In this document: positions 60,586-64,000 of the stretch, in pieces
Layout of the letters: each line of letters opens with the position of its first letter
Position numbering within the stretch: position 1 is the stretch's first letter
DNA from: Candidatus Latescibacterota bacterium
GTDB lineage: Bacteria; Latescibacterota; UBA2968
Direction: 5' to 3'
NCBI GenBank assembly: GCA_965204375.1
Contig: OZ241986.1
Location: 4,704,001-4,768,000 of the forward strand
Length of the DNA: 64,000 bases
Notes under the pieces: generated by a model
Told to the model about the DNA's origin: nothing
Seen by the model: only the letters and a program-made list of their open reading frames with translations
Databases searched by the model: none
Translations under genes and position numbers: made by a program

Positions 60586-62967
60586 TTATTCATATCGCAG
60601 AGCATCTACGGGATTGGTGCGGGCGACTTTATAGGCTTGATAACTCACTGTGGTCAATGCAATGAACAACGCCAGAAAACCACTCAATACAAATGCCCAT
60701 ATTTCCAGATCAATGCGATAGGCGAAGTCCTGTAGCCACCTGTGCATCGCGTAGTAGGCAATTGGCCAGGCGATGAGATTGGCAATGCCGACAAGCAGGG
60801 CAAACTCTTTTGACAACATGAGTACGAGATTGGAGACCGATGCGCCCAATACCTTGCGGATGCCGATTTCTTTGATGCGCAGTTGCGCGGTGAAGGAGGC
60901 GAGGCCGAACAGTCCGAGGCTTGCAACAAAGATGGCGAGGATGGAGAAGAGGCCAAAGAGTGTGCCGATTTGTTTTTCTGCGCGATATAGTTTGTCGTAA
61001 TCGTCGTCGAGAAAGAAATAGTCGAATGGCTTGTTCGGCGCGATTTCCTTCCATTGCGTCTTCAGAAAACTGAGTGTGTCTGCGACATCATCTGAACGGA
61101 TTCGGATAGCAAAATACTCAAACCAATTTCCCGTCATGATAATCAGAGGTTCTATTTCGTGATGCAGGGACTGATAATGAAAGTCTTTCACCACACCTAT
61201 GACCTCTCCTCTATACCATACTTTCATTTTGCCACCCTCTGGCCATATATTCTCCACTTCTTTATCCACACACGAAGTCCATCCAAAGTGTCGCATAGCT
61301 GCTTCATTCAGGATGAGTTCTCCCTCTCCATCATTCATCATGTCTTTTGAAAAGTCTTTGCCTTCTATAAGCTCAAGGCCATAAGTCGAGATAAATTCGC
61401 GATCGACCACAATCATGTTCATCTGGAAACCATCCTGAGATGTTCCATCAACAGGAGAGCGAAACTGACTGGTGGGAAATTGTCGTCCCGGTATATTCGA
61501 GGATGTCGAAGTGCTCAATACATTTGCATACCCTGACAATCGCGATTTATATCGCTCTGTCACCTGCATACCGGGGTAAGGCATGACAATGACCTGTTCT
61601 TTATTGAAGCCCAACTTTTTGTTTCTGATGTAATCCGCTTGGTGGTAAACGACAACTGTTCCAATGATGAGAATGATCGAAATGACAAACTGAAATACGA
61701 CGAGTGTTTTGCGGGAACTGGAGGTTTTCAACCCTCTCTTCAGTGTGCTTTTTAATACCTCTACTGGCTGAAAAGCCGAGAGGAATAAGGCGGGGTAAAT
61801 TCCAGAGATTAGCCCTGCAAATAACACAACCCCGAGCAGGACTAATACGACATGCCAATTACCCGTGTAATCCAATACCAATTCGCGCTGGATAAAGGCG
61901 TTGAATGCTGAGAGCGAGACTTCAACAAGAGCAACGGCAAACAGTAGAGCCAATAGTGCCAGCAATATGGATTCGCCCATAAACTGATGGATTAGTTGCG
62001 TGCGGTTGGCACCAACGACTTTTCTCATGCCGACCTCTTTTGATCGAGTTGCTGAGCGAGCGGTGGAAAGGTTCATAAAGTTGACGCAGGCGAGTATGAG
62101 CACAAAAAGGGCTATGATCAGGAAGAGATAGACATACCGAATATCGCTGTTTTTGCTCATTTCCCCTGCCAAATTGGAGTACAAATGAATATCAGTCAGA
62201 GGTTGCAAGAAGTACCTGGCAAAGCCTCCTTTGAGCAGTTCTCCTGCATGTGCCTCAATAAAGTCGGACAATTTCGCTTCTAATCCCTGGGCAGAATCTC
62301 TCTTCTGAAGTAGCAAATAGGTATAAAAATCATGTCGCTGCCAATTTGATTGATGATCGCGGGACATAGGAGATGCAAGAAGGTTGAATTGGAAATGAGA
62401 GTTGTGAGCCGTGTCCTTCAAAACACCTGTCACCTTAAATGCCTTATCATTGAACGACAGGGTCTGTCCCATCGGATTCTGTTCGCCAAAATACTTTTGT
62501 GCTATTGTTTCTGTAATTACAACAGAATAGGGTTCCGAAAATGCCGTCTCGGGATTCCCTTGGCTGAGTGGGAAATTGAAGACTTCAAAAAAATTTGGAT
62601 CGGTAAACACAACACCATTTTCATAAAAGAAATGATCGTGTTGATCTTCAACAAGCGTTTTGGGGTCAGCTCTGGAAAACCGCACAGCCTCTATCACTTC
62701 GGGATAGGCTTTGACAAGTGCTGGTCCCATTGGCAATGGCGTGACCGCATACTGACTCAGGACCCCAGCGACTTTTGACTCTGAAGCAACCCGATAGATT
62801 CGGTGTGCGTGTTCGTGGTGCTGGTCATAGCTCAGTTCATCCTGAACATAGAGCAGGATGAGGATGCAACAGGCCATGCCGATGGCAAGACCGAGGATGT
62901 TGATGGCAGAGAATGTTTTGTTTCTGGCGATGTTGCGGACCGCAACAGTCAGATAGTTTTTGATCAT
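60586..62967 (-). CDS. ABC transporter permease, MacB/FtsX duplicated type
   Basis: MIKNYLTVAVRN, VNFMNLSTARS, NPVDALRYE. Confidence 0.95.
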   Translation of the reverse strand: MIKNYLTVAVRNIARNKTFSAINILGLAIGMACCILILLYVQDELSYDQHHEHAHRIYRVASESKVAGVLSQYAVTPLPMGPALVKAYPEVIEAVRFSRADPKTLVEDQHDHFFYENGVVFTDPNFFEVFNFPLSQGNPETAFSEPYSVVITETIAQKYFGEQNPMGQTLSFNDKAFKVTGVLKDTAHNSHFQFNLLASPMSRDHQSNWQRHDFYTYLLLQKRDSAQGLEAKLSDFIEAHAGELLKGGFARYFLQPLTDIHLYSNLAGEMSKNSDIRYVYLFLIIALFVLILACVNFMNLSTARSATRSKEVGMRKVVGANRTQLIHQFMGESILLALLALLFAVALVEVSLSAFNAFIQRELVLDYTGNWHVVLVLLGVVLFAGLISGIYPALFLSAFQPVEVLKSTLKRGLKTSSSRKTLVVFQFVISIILIIGTVVVYHQADYIRNKKLGFNKEQVIVMPYPGMQVTERYKSRLSGYANVLSTSTSSNIPGRQFPTSQFRSPVDGTSQDGFQMNMIVVDREFISTYGLELIEGKDFSKDMMNDGEGELILNEAAMRHFGWTSCVDKEVENIWPEGGKMKVWYRGEVIGVVKDFHYQSLHHEIEPLIIMTGNWFEYFAIRIRSDDVADTLSFLKTQWKEIAPNKPFDYFFLDDDYDKLYRAEKQIGTLFGLFSILAIFVASLGLFGLASFTAQLRIKEIGIRKVLGASVSNLVLMLSKEFALLVGIANLIAWPIAYYAMHRWLQDFAYRIDLEIWAFVLSGFLALFIALTTVSYQAYKVARTNPVDALRYE

Positions 62968-62985
62968 GATTTTAAACCCCCATTT

Positions 62986-64000
62986 TCACTCATATCGCAG
63001 GGCATCAATCGGGTTGGATCGCGCTGCGCGAATGGCTTGCACGCTCACGGTTCCAAAGGCAATAATCAGTGCCATTATCGCGCTCACGATAAATGGCAAG
63101 ACATTTAAATCTGTCTGATAGGCAAACCCGGAGAGCCAGTCGCGCATCAGATAGTAGGCGATTGGCCAGGCGATGAGATTGGCAAGTAGAATGAGCAATA
63201 TAAATTCGCGGGAGAGTAGCATCACCAGATGCGGTGTGGATGCGCCCAGTACCTTTCGCACACCAATTTCTTTGGTGCGAGATTGAACCATGAATGCGGC
63301 CAGTCCAAACAGTCCCAAACAGGCTACAAAAATTGCCAGTAGTGAAAATATCCCGAGTATTTTGCCGGTGAGTTGCTCGTTGAAATAGTACCACTGTATG
63401 ATTTCATCTAAAAAGTGATATGCAAAGGGTACCTCTGGCAAAAAGTGTTTCCACTGTGTTTCGAGAAATGACAGGGTTTGCGCGGTGTTTTCTGGTCGGA
63501 TGCGCAGGGCCAGTGAAACAAACAGTCTCCATTTGCCTATAAATCCCATGGGGGCGATTTCTTCTCGTAGCGTCAAGCTGTGGTAGTCTTTTACAACGCC
63601 AATTACGATCAGGGATCGGTTTTCATAAGCTGGTAACAGAATCTGCTTGCCAATCGGGTCGTCCTCCCAGCCGAGCAGGCGCACGGCTGTTTCGTTCAAA
63701 ATAATCGCCTGAGATGTGTCGCTGGCAACAGCGGCCGAAAAGACGCGACCGCGAAGTACGGGAATGTCAAATGTTTCAAAATATGAATCATCAACCTCGT
63801 TTATGCGAATTGTCCGTTCTTTTGTGCGGTCTCCATCGGGCCAGATCAGTCGTGGTCGTCCACCGTATCCAGAAATGTCGTATCTCAATGCCGATGCGCT
63901 GAGGATATTGGGGTGTTCGAGAAATACCTGTTTCACCGTCTGGTGGCGTGCCGAAAGGCGTTTTTGTGGGTCGAATTCATGCTCGCGATCATGAGCAAAG
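62986..64000 (-). CDS. ABC transporter permease, C-terminal part (5' end runs off the right edge); close paralogue of 46621-49047
   Basis: The frame stays open to the window edge; long stretches are identical to 46621-47640. Confidence 0.92.
   Translation of the reverse strand, partial: FAHDREHEFDPQKRLSARHQTVKQVFLEHPNILSASALRYDISGYGGRPRLIWPDGDRTKERTIRINEVDDSYFETFDIPVLRGRVFSAAVASDTSQAIILNETAVRLLGWEDDPIGKQILLPAYENRSLIVIGVVKDYHSLTLREEIAPMGFIGKWRLFVSLALRIRPENTAQTLSFLETQWKHFLPEVPFAYHFLDEIIQWYYFNEQLTGKILGIFSLLAIFVACLGLFGLAAFMVQSRTKEIGVRKVLGASTPHLVMLLSREFILLILLANLIAWPIAYYLMRDWLSGFAYQTDLNVLPFIVSAIMALIIAFGTVSVQAIRAARSNPIDALRYE

Noticed and set aside
46621-64000. Near-identical permease segments as a DGR template/variable repeat pair
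   Set aside because: Differences are not restricted to adenines, both copies are inside full coding genes, and there is no reverse transcriptase in the window.

Overview
A 64-kb bacterial window with no rRNA, tRNA, CRISPR array or intact transposase that I could find. Most genes are on the minus strand. The gene content (three Cys-type sulfatases, GH117, GH2, a PL11-like propeller, PhyH dioxygenases with one fused to HEAT repeats, and many ~800-aa duplicated MacB/FtsX permeases) resembles sponge-associated or marine Latescibacterota/Gemmatimonadota/Poribacteria-type genomes; this taxonomy is inference only. Layout: (1) 1-25 kb is a carbohydrate/sulfate catabolism region interrupted by AT-rich accessory inserts (ABC-type AAA ATPases, DUF4276, orphan antitoxins). 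(2) 25.2-33.8 kb is an AT-rich defence-like island bracketed by REP-like palindromes. It holds the best candidate for an undescribed system: a translationally coupled operon of a two-domain LAGLIDADG-like endonuclease gene (broken by one frameshift and one in-frame TAG), an unknown helical protein, and one polypeptide made of two complete SPPY-type DNA methyltransferases. An AAA/PD-(D/E)XK protein and a Fic-wHTH protein follow. (3) 37.7-52 kb and 60.6-64 kb form an expanded MacAB-like ABC exporter array with a duplicated sigma-54 regulatory module and a 32-codon in-frame-deleted mini-permease. (4) 53-55 kb is a shuffled toxin-antitoxin cluster whose junctions carry a short hairpin motif also found, with covariation, at two other sites. 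(5) 55-60 kb holds a LytS/LytTR pair with its likely binding boxes, hydrolases and a probably leaderless PIN toxin-antitoxin operon. All assignments come from motif recognition by eye; no database search was run.
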